From Octopus sinensis (lineage: Eukaryota), in the NCBI RefSeq assembly GCF_006345805.1, contig NC_043003.1:42904001-42968000 (forward strand): 64,000 bases of DNA, in the 5' to 3' direction. This document shows positions 37,831 to 51,594 of this stretch, one piece after another (position 1 is the first letter of the stretch; the number at the start of each line of letters is the position of its first letter). The notes below the pieces were generated by a model. It saw nothing but the letters and a program-made list of their open reading frames with translations, was not told the DNA's origin and did not search any database. The position numbers were made by a program, and so were the translations under genes.

Positions 37831-38395
37831 TATTTATAATGTGCGGATTTGTGTTTTGTAACACAGCGTTTCGACAAAAACGAACTGATGAATTCAATAC
37901 CAGACAGAAATATTTAAGAGAGTTGTTATTATTGATTAAACCCTTAAGGCAATACTCCAGAGCGACCATAGTCCAATGACTAAAAAGAGTAGATAGATAG
38001 ATTGATAGATAAATAAACAGATAGATAGAGAGAGAGAGAGGGGGGGGAAGAAAGAGACTGATAGATTTATATAGACATATATATTAAGAGAGAGAGAGAG
38101 AGAGAGAGATACAGAGACAGAGAGACAGAGAGAGAAGAAATGTAAATCCTTCCAGACAAATTCTTTAGGAAATAGACAAAATTGGCTGAAATGAAATGTA
38201 AACAAACAAATATAAATCTATAAATATTTAAATTTAATGTCGGAAAACAGAATAAAGTAGAAGTATTTAAAATATAACTTTGTTTCTATGCGTGTTAATG
38301 GAGCCGACTGTTAGTGGCGTTGGACTGTTTGCGTATGTATGTATATATATATATATATACCTACATATACATACATACATATACATATATATATC

Positions 38396-38455
<60 letters not shown>

Positions 38456-39069
38456 TATATAATATATATATATATATAAATGTATGTATGCATGTATATG
38501 TATATATGTATATATATATACATGTACGTATATATATATATGTATAGATACACACACACACATATACATATAGGTATGTATGTATGAATGTACGTGTGTA
38601 TGTATGTGGGTTTTTTGTGTCTTTGTGATTGTATCTGTGTTTGTGCGTTTGAGGATTGTTAACTCATGTGTATGCGGTCATGCGTGTATGAATGTATGTC
38701 TGCAAGTGCGCTTGAACGTCTTCAAGTGGATGTTTGTGATTTGGTAATAAGAAGCAACGGCGTATATATATATATACACGTACGTATGTATCTATGTATG
38801 TGTGTATGCATGTACGCACGGATGTGTGTATGTATGTATGTATGTATGTATGTGTGTATGTATGTATGTGTGTATGTATGTATGTATGTATGTATGTATG
38901 TATGTATGTGTATATATTATTTTGGAGTGCGTTTATGTCTTTATTGTTGTATGTGTATATATGTATTGCTGGTATCGCATACGTATTTCATTAGATCGAA
39001 AAACCATTAACAGACTGACATAGTGTTTACAGAGAAATTGATAAAAAAGAAGAAAAAGTGGAAGAAATC

Positions 39070-39081
39070 AAAGTAGTAGTT

Positions 39082-39142
<61 letters not shown>

Positions 39143-39355
39143 AAGAAGAAGAAGAAGAAGAGAAGACGAAGAAGAAGACGAAGAAGAGAAGAAGAAGAAG
39201 AAGAGAAGAAGAAGAAGAAGAAGAAGAGAGAAGAAGAAGAAGAAGAAGAAGAAGAAGAAGAAGAAGAAGAAGAAGAAGAAGAAAAGAAGAAGAGAAGAAG
39301 AAGAAGAAGAAGAAGAAGAAGAAGAAGGACAACAACAACAATTACAACAACAACT
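39070..39355. repeat. Compound (GTA)n(GAA)n(CAA)n microsatellite
   Basis: Read directly. Confidence 0.95.
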
Positions 39356-40139
39356 AATGGCAGAAAGAGGAATGCAAGTGATTTGTCAAGTAAGAATTGA
39401 GGCGGCAACTACCAACCGGCAACCCCGCCCCCTTACACACTGTACAACACACCTATACACACTTCAGGATAGCACACCTCTGTCATTCATGGCAACCACA
39501 TTAACACTACCATTCAGAGATCACAATAAACCCCGATGCCATTACTGTATAATGCAACACATCACTGGCCAACGAGGCTCTCTGTATGCAGTCTCTTGCT
39601 CTCCGAGAACTAGCAGAAAAAAAAAACGTTCAAATTACACAATACCGTCATTAAAAAATTAGTTAACTTGATGATGAGGTTATGTGTTCACTGCACAGAG
39701 GAAATTACTGGATGGTCACAAATGGAATGCTTTTTGGCCTTTTTATTGATTCGATCGAAGCTCACCTCGCGTTACACAACCACAAAACGAACAACAGTTA
39801 CAACAAAACCAGTTGAACGGCATCAGTAACAAGCAACACATTGTTTCTGATTTAGTTATAATGCCAACAATTTAGTTACACTGCCAATAATTATGTTGTT
39901 CATAACATTTACTCCAGGACTTGGTTAGTGCTTTATTTTATCGACTTCGGAAGGACGAAAAGCAAAGTTGACCTCGGCGAGATTTGATCTCAGACGGTTA
40001 AGACCTGGAGAAAACATGTTTTTTTTCTTTGTGATATCTAGACACCTCAATGCCGGAACTTCTACATGGCCACCAAACCTGAAGGAAATAGTAGTGAAAT
40101 CTCCTTAATAGATGGAAGTGTGACACATAACACTGATGT

Positions 40140-40352
40140 AAAATTTTGGCACACCACCATCAATTCAGTGGGAGGGGCTTAGTCGGTTACATCGAACTGA
40201 TTATTTAACTGGTACTAATTTTATCGACTCCGAAAAGGTTACAGGTAAAGTCGACTCCGGCGGCATTCAAACCCAGAACGTAAAGACGGAAAAAAATGCC
40301 GCTAAGCAGTTTTTCCCGACGCGGTAATGATGCTGCAAGCTCACCGCTTTAG
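40140..40352 (-). mobile_element. SINE family B, diverged
   Basis: aactggtactaattttatcgactccg..aaagtcgactccggcggcattcaaacccagaacgtaaagacgg..gcaagctcaccgcct. Confidence 0.75.
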
Positions 40353-41383
40353 ATAGGCACATAATATCATTTTGAATACGGAATAACAGGAAGTAGAGCA
40401 GCATAGTCATAGACAGAGCACATTTGAAAGATTAAACTCCATCTAACTTCTAATGTTGCTAGGATTTGGGCCCAAACCCACAAAAGCTTCCTTCCTTGAT
40501 AAAGCAATAAATAAACGACATAGCACTACTCCACAACTATATTAATGCTCATATCATCATACAACCAAAGTATATCATCACCACGTCGCTGCCATCATCA
40601 CCCAATCACCAGCGACATCACTTCAACGCTATCATTGCTCCATCACCACTGCCGAACTTCCTCATCACCGTAGTCTGACTCTAACACCACAAATTACCCT
40701 TTCTACAGCATTAGATTACATTTTACTACGCCAGACTCAACATACAATACGTATCTCTACTAATATACTAGCAGCATCAAAAAAGAAACATTTACGCAAC
40801 AAGCTCACCTTTAAGACATTTCCTTCAAATCACATCTTGTCTTAAAACCAATGGGATCCAAGACATACTATGACCGAAAAAGGTGTTGCATTGATATCTG
40901 ACCCTTTTATTGATAGGTCTGCTTGATCACCGCTTATGGAAGGCTGCCAGCCGGTGCTTTCATACCGTACTCCTCCACAAAAGCCAGACGAATATCGCAT
41001 TGGATTTAATCGTCACCATCCGTCCAATTATTTAACATATCGTCATTTTAGAATACGTATATCCACTCTCTCTCTCCCTAACTCTCTCTTTCTCTGTCCC
41101 TGTCTGTCTGTCTGTCTGTCTCCCTCTCTTCCTCTAATTATCGATCTATGTTTTTATCTCCATTAGATGAGAAACGATCAAACATTTTCATTTGAAAAAA
41201 AAAATAATAAAAATATCTCCTGATTTAAAAGAAATTGAAGATATTTCTGATTTCAAAAGAATTACTTAATTTCCATATTTAAATAAATTTGAAATTAAAA
41301 TTCAACATTGCACAGATAAAATCTGCTGAAATTGAAATAGCGCGTCCACCTACAGGTCATTTGACCCGCACGGTTTCTCTGAA

Positions 41384-41667
41384 GGTGCTCTTCGCTGAGT
41401 TTCCGAAATGGTTGGTATTTCACTGCGAAATAATTCATTTTCTCAAAGCGAACCCATCGTCTTGCATAAGAAATGCATGGCGTTTGAAAATGTCCTCACA
41501 CGCACATCATTTCTCAGACTCCATTCACAACAACGCCATGTTCAACGGGCGATTAGAACCTTTCGTATAGTGACACTAGAGGTTAAATTCTTGGATCATT
41601 GCAAGTCGCATAGCAGCGACAGCCGGTGACAAAAGCGTTTCTCTCAATGAAGACCGAACGTCAGAGT
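41384..41667 (+). pseudogene. Decayed 18S rRNA gene fragment (V4-V5 region)
   Basis: Collinear matches to conserved 18S blocks (from recall): ggtgctcttcgctgagt; ctcaaagc; tgcatgg; ttcgtat..ctagaggttaaattcttggatc..gcaag..cagcga.agc..aatgaagaccgaacgtcagag (cf. GAGGTGAAATTCTTGGA..AATCAAGAACGAAAGTCAGAG). Confidence 0.75.
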
Positions 41668-42254
41668 TATTGCAATCCGGTATGAAAATCCTGGTTACGT
41701 ATAGTCAGGTCATTTGTGTGGGCATTCGCCGTTGCAGTGCGTCACTGCAACTACCATTTGTCGGCCTCTTACTTGGTTCGGATGACTAATTTTCTGAGCA
41801 GTGCCCTAGTTAGACTCCATCTTTGCGAGCTATTCGCTCATCTGCTGTGACCATGTGGTAGTTGGCTGAAAAACACGAGTCGTCAGACCAGCTGGAACTT
41901 TGGAGAAAAGAACACTAAACGCTGGATTCTACTCTGAAACATCGTGCAACATGACCAAAAATTATGAGCTGATGCTCTTGAGTTATATAAGCAACAAGAC
42001 TCATTGCAGTTTTTGAGCACAGTCGTTGGTTGGATACAAAATCCGACCAACGGGTTATGTGTAGGGGAGAAAGAATATTGTCGGTGGCCAGAAATATCCC
42101 AAACGTGATTGAAACAAGGAGAATTTAAGAACATAATAAATAACTGGATAATGAGACGGAATCACATGGCCAATTCAGTCAGCAAACCGAGGATGGTGGT
42201 AGTAAGGAAGGCCGTAGCTAACAAATGGTTACCTGAAACGAGAAACTGAATCAT

Positions 42255-42900
42255 TTGTTGTTATTATTGTGATTTCACTTCACATAACTCTCGATTTCAC
42301 TTGCTCTAACTAATTCTGTAAAAGCGGGCAACAACCTGTTGTCAAGGATCTCACAGAATCTCTTTCCACGATACTTAATATTCAAGTGCCAATCTCAAAA
42401 TCCACGCTGTTCTAAATAAAGCAATTTTCTGAGCATATGAATCTCAATTTCTCCAACAAATTTCTCAAATCTGGTTATTGATGCGCCCAAAGTCCCAACA
42501 ATTACTCGGATGACAGTTCCTTTCTTCATTGCTCACATTTGTATAATTTCATCTTTTAGGGGCTTGTTCTTCTCAATCTTTACTACTTCTTTATTATCTA
42601 CTCGTACATCGGTAAGAATTGCAATATCTATGATCTTGAAGGTGGTGTGCTGGCAGAAATACTTAGCGGTATTTCGTCTGAATTTACGTTCTGAGTTCAA
42701 ATTCTGCTGAGGTCGACTTTACCTTTCAGTTTTTCGGCATCAATAAATTAAGAACCAGTTGCATACTAAGGTCGATCTAGTCGAATAGCCCCCTCCCCAA
42801 AAATTTCGGGCCTTGTGCCCAGAGTAGAAAAGAATACCTATGATCTTGGTTTCTGCTACCTCATCGCCTCAGTAATAATTTTTTTCAGATAGATTTAGCT
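42255..42900 (-). mobile_element. R4/Dong-clade (REL endonuclease) LINE 3' fragment
   Basis: KIIDIAILTDVRVDNKEVVKIEKNKPLKDEI..TVIRVIVGTLG..AQKIALFRTAWILRLALEY (cf. IIDIAIP.D..KE.EKIEKY..L..EI..VIPIVVGALG..QK.ALLGTARILRKVL); aataataac tail. Confidence 0.75.
42639..42837 (+). mobile_element. SINE family B (short tail) inserted in the R4-like LINE
   Basis: 11-bp TSD ctatgatcttg at 42628-42638 and 42838-42848. Confidence 0.88.
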
Positions 42901-44689
42901 GTCATTTCTATAAAGAATCTCTGTGTGAACTGTACACTGACACGCCCAAATAATTTTCTTGCCCCATCTGTCACTATTTGATCTATGATATACAGTATCG
43001 TGGTCTAGTTAAATAGTTATTGACTTCGAAATTATGAAGTAACAAATTTGATCCCTACAACGTTGTATATTGGGCAAGTGCTTTCTAACATAGCCCTAGA
43101 TCTGCCCAAGTTTCATTGGTGGAACTGGGCAAGCGAAAACAGTACAGAAATTCAACGGTTTTACTGAACCCGTAATTCAAAGTCCAGCTTTGTTACACAC
43201 TATGTAACGCTCATTCCACTAATAAACCACGATGCGAGTAAACCAATTTTCCTTCAAACTTCATATCGTCTTACAACAAGGAAGTGTTTTGTAGTTGGTA
43301 CATTTAGAAATACTCTGTATCTTAAAAGAAACTAAAACGGTCATGACTGAAATGATTATGATAATAGTTCTACTCGATAAATACTGATTCTTTTGCTAAA
43401 CAACGAAAACAACACCATGCCACCATACAAAAATTACAAATAGCACCAAACGATGACATACTACGATCACAACAGAATACAGTATGCAAGTAAATGAGCG
43501 AGCCTCTTCACAGCCGCTCAATTTACTAGAAATAGCAATCAAATCTACTTCAAATTTATAACTTCCGTTTTAAAAAACATATTGCAGAATGTTTTCCACG
43601 ATTCACTGTTCTTACGAAGAAGACAGGAATGCTTTTGATGCCACATGTTTTCAGTCAGTACTGACCTGGAGCTAAACAATAGCGACAGTAAAAACTGTAC
43701 ATAAAGATCCAACGAAGGAACCTCTACGTGGTCACACGACCTGCTACAAATAGCAACCAAGTCTCTCTCAAATCACACCAGGCCGCATTTAAAAAAGGTA
43801 TGCAGGAAGGTGTGGATCTGGGTTATGTGCACAAGTAAAATCTGCGGTGGTCGTGGTTGGAATGCCATCGATCAACTTTATGCTCAATTATGGTTGAACT
43901 GGGATTAAATGAAAGCAATCCCTGTACAACTCTATTTCACTGTACCGATTCCTTGTACAGTTACTACCATCGCCAGTTTACACCGCTACACCTTGCATCG
44001 CATAAAAGAATACAGCCAACGATAGAGCCTGTAGTTGATCATTTAACCAGCTAGATTGACATCAATTACCTTATTTAAAAAAGGACAAGCTACTTAGTCT
44101 TATGTCCCAGAAATGAAAAGATAAAATGTCAAGGCTTGAATCAGTGACCATGAGAAGTTTTTGATCAACGGCGGTTGACCTGGGGCTAAAAAACGTCGAA
44201 ATTCCTTCAACTATTCATGCACATCACCATTATATTTCAAAATCGTATTTCTATATCATCGCACAACCGCAACACACAGCTATATAACAGTAGCAAACAT
44301 TACACATCTACACAATATATCCTCACGCTGTAACTATAACTCGTAGTCATCACAGTATGCGACCCGTTAAATAGAGTTGGGCAACGTAGATGATATACAA
44401 ATAAATTTAATAATGAAAGGTACTAAATTTCAGATACTATACGAAAAATAATTCTTCTTATTCATTTCCTTCATTGGTAATTACTGAGATAATTAAACTT
44501 TGGAGATTGTCAGTTTCAGTAATTCCTAAGATACCATAGTAGACACTCAATTAAATAAGTAATCAAGGAAACAATCAAATATTGTCACTTCTTTCGTCAG
44601 TGTTCTGTATATACTGGATGATGGCAAATGAAGCCGGCAGTACGGTAAAAAGATATATTTTCTATTATATATAGGTATAAAAATGTTCC

Positions 44690-44932
44690 TTCTGGAGCCA
44701 TGCTAGACTCATAAGGGCCGATTTCCCGGTTTCAGTGGCGTAGAAATTCCCCACCTGGACGAGACGCCGATTCGTCTCAGGTTTACGCATTTTTGCCAGC
44801 TGAGAGGACTGGAGCAACGTGAAATAAAGTATTTTGCTCAAGAACACAACGCGTCGCCCGGTCCAGGAATCAAAACCACAACCTTACGATCATGAGTTCA
44901 ACATCCTACCCGCTAAGCCACGCGCCTACACA
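44690..44932 (-). mobile_element. tRNA-derived CORE-type SINE, family C
   Basis: Minus strand: ggcgcgtggcttagcgggtagg..ggttttgattcctgg (A and B boxes); tgtgttcttgagcaaaatacttt (CORE-like); tail gaaaccgggaaatcggcccttatgag. Confidence 0.75.
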
Positions 44933-46091
44933 TATATAAGCATAGGGGGATATAAAAGGTTACTTTACGAGATGAACAAAGGCCGTCGCTAAGATGCAGC
45001 TGTACATAACTGCGTGGTCATGAAATTAGTATCGAAAATACTGTGTTCGGTTTCGATATCAACTAAAGGAATATCAATATAATATCTTTTACCACACTCT
45101 CCATTGAACCAAAAACCTCTGAGTAAAGATTTGGTGGAAGGAAACTGCGTGATAGCCATTCGGTGGGAGCGGTCTTGCTTTGGGACAATATGAATAATAT
45201 GTCACCCGGTTTAACAAAGTCACCTGACCATTGGGAGCCTTAGCCGACTCCACACTTATTCTCATTAGTCAACAAACACATGAAAAGAGTCAAGGGCGCT
45301 GCCCTTTCTCATCTGATTAGTTTTTATATTAGTACATATAGCTGTGTAAGTGTGTATGTGGTGGTGGTGGTGGGGCTTCTTCTGGCGTTCCAAACTAATT
45401 ATGCTCATTTGAACTCGATGACATATATCAGCCACAAAAACGCATTTCGCCCGGCGTGTTAACGGTTCTGCCAGCTCGCCACCCGCCAAATCAGAAAAGT
45501 AGTCTTTCCATTCAGGGATACTAGAAGATGATTACATGAAAAGATTTAGATGACAAAACAATCGAAAAGTTCAACAACAAACAAAATCAATTCAAAATTG
45601 CCATCAATAAATAGAATAGAAAGAAGAGTCCCTCTACGGTGAATATCCCGCAGGACAGGAAAGAACGGAAGAGAGCACGAAAAGCAGGCCAGACCGGACT
45701 AGAGTAAAGGTTAGTGTAATTTTAGCTCCTCTATGTATATTCGTAAATAAAATTACTAAACAAATGTAATGCGATAAGCAGCTGACATTAAATATAGACT
45801 ATGCAACTATGACATAAAGAAAAAAAAACTTGTTTAGATAATTTCCAGTTGACCAAATCCTGTTGAAGATAGAATACAATCGAAGGCAAGGAATTAATTG
45901 TGAATTTGTGATGTTTAATATCAACCATAAATATGGTGATCATCATACTATCGCCGCATATAAAAAACAAATAATTAATCATGGGATGAGTGACAATTAT
46001 CTGACCGTTTGTGGATCTTTCAAACCGATAATGATTAATGAATATTGATGCCTAACTTGATCTTGTGTTACTCCTTTTTTCTTTGCTTCAG

Positions 46092-46124
46092 AAACAGAAC
46101 GTTGCCACTTATGACAAAATCCAT
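46092..46124 (+). CDS. Candidate 33-nt coding microexon (KQNVATYDKIH if phase 0) of an unidentified host gene
   Basis: Branch point CTAAC at 46052-46056; polypyrimidine tract ttactccttttttctttgcttcAG; donor CAT|GTAAGC; length divisible by 3 and open in two frames. Confidence 0.5.
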
Positions 46125-46249
46125 GTAAGCACAAATATCGCTAGCTATAGTGAAAGATTAGAATTTAAGAATATGGTTTAAGTTTTAGACCTAACATTAT
46201 GTTTAAGTTTAAGGGTTAGTTTAAGTTTACATTTTTGCTTATTACAACA

Positions 46250-46830
46250 GTGCTTCTAAATCTTGGGCGCATGGCCAGCAAATACGAGAAGTAGGTTGAT
46301 TATATCGATCCAAGTACACAATCAGTACGTATTTTATCGACCCTGAGGGATGAACGGCAAAGTCAACCCAAGCAGAATTTTAAGTCAGAACTGGAAGACG
46401 GATGAAATGAGGCTAAACATTTTACTAGGAATGCTAACCATTCTACCAGCTCGCTGCTTTCAAATATTACTAACATTGGTTTCAAATTTTGCTACTAGAT
46501 CTGTTATTTTTGGCAAGGTAAATCGAGTACATCGATCCCAGAGCTCAACTGGTACTTATTTTATCGACTCCGAAAAGATGAAAGGCAAAGTCAACTTCGG
46601 CGGAAGTGAGAACGTACGGACAAACAAAATGCCGATAAGCATTTTGCACGGAGTGCTAACGATTGCCAATTTGCCGCCTTCTAACAATGCTAATACTGAG
46701 AGCTGTTATTTCGTCGTGGTCGACTTAGCTTTTCATCTATTGAGTCGATAAAATAAGTACCAGTTAAATACTGGGCTTGATGTGATAGACTCATCCCCTC
46801 TCACGAAATTGTTGGCATTGCGAAAAGATG
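46250..46830. mobile_element. Three diverged family B SINE fragments (two minus, one plus)
   Basis: Repeated ttttatcgac..gatgaa.ggcaaagtcaac and gtcgtggtcgacttagcttttcatc..aataagtaccag. Confidence 0.7.
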
Positions 46831-47239
46831 TGAAACCAATATTCAGAGATGTTGTAGTTGTACTTGTGGTTGTTGCGATTGTTGTTGTTATTTAATTCCA
46901 GATCATCGTCCACTGGGGGAGGTTCAAGGTCTGAGGAAACTTCTTCTGAGACCATTCCGACTTTTTCTTTGTAGATACTGAATACCTAGTATTACATTAT
47001 CTAACAAATTCTTTTCCGCATAATCAAAGGGTACAACGAGAGAGAAATTTAACCGTATATTTTTGCAAGATTGCGTGGATTGTAGTTCGAAAGAATGGCT
47101 CAACATTATAAGAATAGTGACTGAAGCAACGATTATATTTTCTGACTTTATATATTTATATATTGATCTGTCCGCCTAGTCAGCGTGAGAGCATCGTTCG
47201 AAAGCTGAAACAGTGCGAGGAAGCACACTCTGACTAGTG

Positions 47240-48125
47240 GTGTAGAACGCAAGAGTGGCTGTGTGCTAAGAAGCTTGCTTCCCAACCACATGGTTTCGGG
47301 TTCAGTTTCACTGCGTGGCACCTTCGGCAAGTGTCTTCGACTATAGCCTCGAGTCGACCAAAGCCTGGTGAGTGGATTTGGTAGACGGAAACAAAAAGAA
47401 GCCTGTCCTATATTTTCTATTATTCTGTTACTTGTTTCAGTTATGTGACTGCATCCATGCTGGAGCACCGCTTTTAGTCAGGGACGTAAACACATCAGTT
47501 GTCAAGCGATGCTAGACACACACACACATACGACGGGCTTCTTTCAGTTTCCGTCTACCAAATCCACTCACAACACTTTAGTCGGCCTGCGGCTATAGTA
47601 GAAGGCATTTGCTCAAGGTGCCACACAGTAGGACTGAACTCGGAGCTATGTGGCCATGTGGTAAGGAAGCTACTTACAACACAGCCACTCCTGCGACTTT
47701 ATATTTGTCCCCCACCATCGCTTGACAACCGATGCTGGTGTATTTATGTCCCCGTAACGTAGCGGTTCGGCAAAAGAGACCGATAGAATAAGGCGGCGAG
47801 CTGGCAAAAACGTTAGCACGTCGGACGAAATGCTTAGCGTTATTTCGTCTGCCGTTACGTTCTGAGTTCAAATTCCGCCGAAGTCGACTTTGCCTTTCAT
47901 CCTTACGGGGTTGATAAATTCAGTACCAGTTACGTACTGGGGTTGATGTAATCGACTTAATCCGTTTGTCTGTCCTTGTTTGTCCTCTTTATGTTTAGCC
48001 TCTTATGGGCAATAAAGAAATAAAAATAAGTACTAGGCTAACAAAGAATAAGTCCTGGGTTCGATTTGTTCGACTAAAGGCGGTGCTGCAGCATAGCCGT
48101 AGTCAAATGACTGAAACAAATTAAG
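47240..48125. mobile_element. Nested SINE cluster: family A pieces in both orientations, with a full family B copy (47790-48021) inside a family A copy
   Basis: The family A sequence cgatagaata|agtactaggc is split by aggcggcgagctggc..gggcaataaagaaata. Confidence 0.85.
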
Positions 48126-48269
48126 GGGTAAAAGAGTAAAATAGTACATATTGTTATGTCCGCCTAATCACCGGGTTAGTATCATTCGTGTGCGAGGAGG
48201 CACACTGCGAGCAGCGGTATACAACGACATCTGATAATCTGGTTGATACAGTGATATAATTGTATATCT

Positions 48270-48795
48270 TTTAACGCTTTCAGTCATTAGACTGTGGCCA
48301 TATTGGGGCACCACCTTGAAGAACTTTTAGTTGGAGGAATCGGCCCAAATACTCATTCATTTTTAATGTCTGGCACTTAATCTATCTCTTCTACTCTTTT
48401 ACTTGCTTCAGTCATTTTGACTGTGGCCATGCTGGAGCACCGCCTTTAGTCGAGCAAATCGACCTCAGGACTTATTCTTTGTAAGCCTAGTACTTATTCT
48501 ATAGATCTCTTTTTGCCGAACCGCTAAGTTACGGGGACGTAAATACACCAGCATCGGTTGTCAACGGATGTTGGGGGAACAAACACAGACACACAAACAT
48601 ATACACACACATACATACATATATAAATATATACGACGAGCTTCTTTCAGTTTCCGTCTATCCACTCACAAGGCATTGGTTGGCCCGAGGCTATTGTAGA
48701 AGACACTTGCCCAAGGTGCCACACTGTGGGACTGAACCTGGAACCATGTGGTTCGTAAGCAAGCTACTTACCACACAACCACTCCTACGCCTATC
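48270..48795 (-). mobile_element. CORE-type SINE family A (full copy at ~48395-48795 plus a partial tail)
   Basis: Near-identical to 62226-62637. Confidence 0.9.
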
Positions 48796-50019
48796 GTGAC
48801 TTTTTTACCGAACTGATAGGTTACGGGTACGGAAACAAACCAGCACTTGTGATCAAGTGGTGGTGGGGAATAAATACAGACACATAGACTCACTCACTTA
48901 CACACACACGCACAAACACACACACACACGCACGCGCGCGCACACACACATACACACACACACACACACACATGTTGGTATGTTTATGTCTCTGAAAATT
49001 AGCGGTTTGTTGTAAGAGATCGATAGAAGGTAAATCCATGTGTGTGTATGTGTTGTACATTTTTACGTGTGTACATGTTTGCACGTACTCACTTCTGTGT
49101 GTACATGTGTGTGTGTGTATTGGATGTGTCTGTATTTCATGTGTATGTAATCACTTCTGTATGCTTGATTGTGTGTGTGTGTGTGTGTATGTGTGTGTCT
49201 GTGTGCATACACGTGTGTGTACGTGTGAAGTTTGTAAATAGACAGTATTTTTGAAAAACATTATGATTTGCAAATTTAAGTAAATTGAAGAAAAGCAATG
49301 AAAATAATGAAAAACACTATCCTAAATACAAAAAAAAAATATATATATAAAAATTAAAAAGAAAGAATTCGTCTGGAAATTACTGAAATACTGATAAAAA
49401 CATAGAAAATGATTTTCAGATTTGTATTGAATTCAAAATACTTTTAACTTTCCATTAAATTTTTATTGAGTTCAAATTGTAATGTCAAATGAATTGAATA
49501 CAATTTACTGATTTTGAAAGTGTCTAATTCTTGTCAATTTGAAATTTCAGCTGAAAATGAAAGCTAATGAGGGAGAGGCACGTTAAATCATATTAGGACT
49601 TCACGCTAACAAGGAACTGGTGAAAAAATGATGAATTGACTTGCCTAAGGGAAGTAAGTCATTTTAAAGAGTTATGTCCCTGGATACCAAATTGAACTAA
49701 AAACGAATCGCGCACATGTATGAATGAAAATTATATCTTTGAACTAACCGTTGAACATAAGCAATATTTAATTTAGCTACAATGAAATAATCGTAGTTAA
49801 TGAATCAATCGGGATATTAATATTTAAATTTATAAGTCTATATTACGTTTTATATTGAAAGTCAGCAAATAAATCCAGAGTTATTTGATCTTAGTGTAAA
49901 TTATCGGTACAGATGAACTGAATTTATAAAAGACCATGCGTCTGTGTATGTAAGTAAGTATATATTTGTAAACATATCTGTGGGTACGTGCTTGCGTATG
50001 CTTGTGTGTATGTGTGTAT

Positions 50020-50020
50020 G

Positions 50021-50066
<46 letters not shown>

Positions 50067-50317
50067 ATTATATATATATATAATATATATATATATATAA
50101 TATATATATAATATATATATATATGTATATTTACAAACATATATATATATTATATATATATATACATATATACAAACATACATATATATACATATATACA
50201 AACATACATATATATATATTTACATATATATGTATATACACACATATATATATATGTATATATATACATATGTATATATATATAATATATATATATATAT
50301 ATACATATATATACATA

Positions 50318-50372
<55 letters not shown>

Positions 50373-50378
50373 TATATA
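50020..50378. repeat. (TA)n/(TACA)n microsatellite
   Basis: Read directly. Confidence 0.95.
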
Positions 50379-50820
50379 CTTTGATACTTTGATACTTTGA
50401 TAGGTTTCGGCCATTATTGGCCCAGGCCATGTCTAACTTAATACCACCACCTGGTGAAGTCTTTCAAGTCAGAATTTGGGCACTATGGCCCACTCAAGTA
50501 GAGAGTTATTGTTTACAGAGACATATCCGGGTGTAGGGGGTTTATCCGGGATTTCTTGAAGGAATCTGTCCAAAGACTTCTTGAACCCTATAGGGTCAGT
50601 TTCTGTTTTAATGTGTTTTGGTGTAATGTTAAAGAGGGCGGGGCCAATTGAGGTGAAATAATTGTGCCGTATTGTTGTTATGAGATGAGAGTGCGATTTT
50701 TGTTTTGGGCGGATGGCACGGAGCCCAAGCCTTGGATGTACCTTGAAGGTGATGCCAACATCATTTGGGCAATGCTGATGGAATATTTTCCACATCATGC
50801 AGATGATGTAGCGCTCACGC
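50378..50820 (-). mobile_element. CR1/L2-group LINE 3' end, 5'-truncated
   Basis: Open frame RERYIICMMWKIF..HNYFTSIGPALFNITPKHIK..FKKSLDRFLQEIPDKPPTPGY..NNSLLEW; 3' tail of (TCAAAGTA)x3 abutting (TA)n. Confidence 0.85.
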
Positions 50821-50831
50821 ATATATATATG

Positions 50832-50862
<31 letters not shown>

Positions 50863-51067
50863 TTTTTTCTCTAGTTTCAGCTCAGAGCTGCGGCCATGCT
50901 GATGCACCGGCCGTTATATATATATATATATAATATATATATATAGATATTATATATATATATATATATAAATGTACACATACATACATACATACATACA
51001 TATATACATACATATATGTATACAGCATGCATACATACATACAAACATACATACATACATACATACA

Positions 51068-51101
<34 letters not shown>

Positions 51102-51594
51102 CATACATATATGTATACATGCATGCATGCATACACACATACATACATACATACATACATACATACATACATACATACATACATACATACACAAAACGCA
51201 CAACCACACAGAGGCATGTCCATATTTATTGATTTTTATGAAAGTGTAAGTTTGACTCTTTGTGCTAGAAATAACAGCCAAATCTTCATCTATTTCCCCT
51301 ACCTCCAACTGGCATGAAACGATAATTTGGTCCTGGATTCTCTGCACAGAAAAAGAAGATGCTATGGTCGCGGATGGAATGCATTTGATAATAGGTTGCA
51401 TCAGCTGAACTGACCTGAGGCTAAACTGAACAATACCAAAAACCAATTGAGCTCCGTTAAGTAATATCTTGGCATTTTTAAAAAAGAAAGGTAGACATTA
51501 GATCAAGTAGTCCAAGGTACCCATGCACAAAAAGATAGTAGAACCGAGTCTAGAATGCCTTCTTGTATAGGAGTGTTCCATTAAGTATGATATA

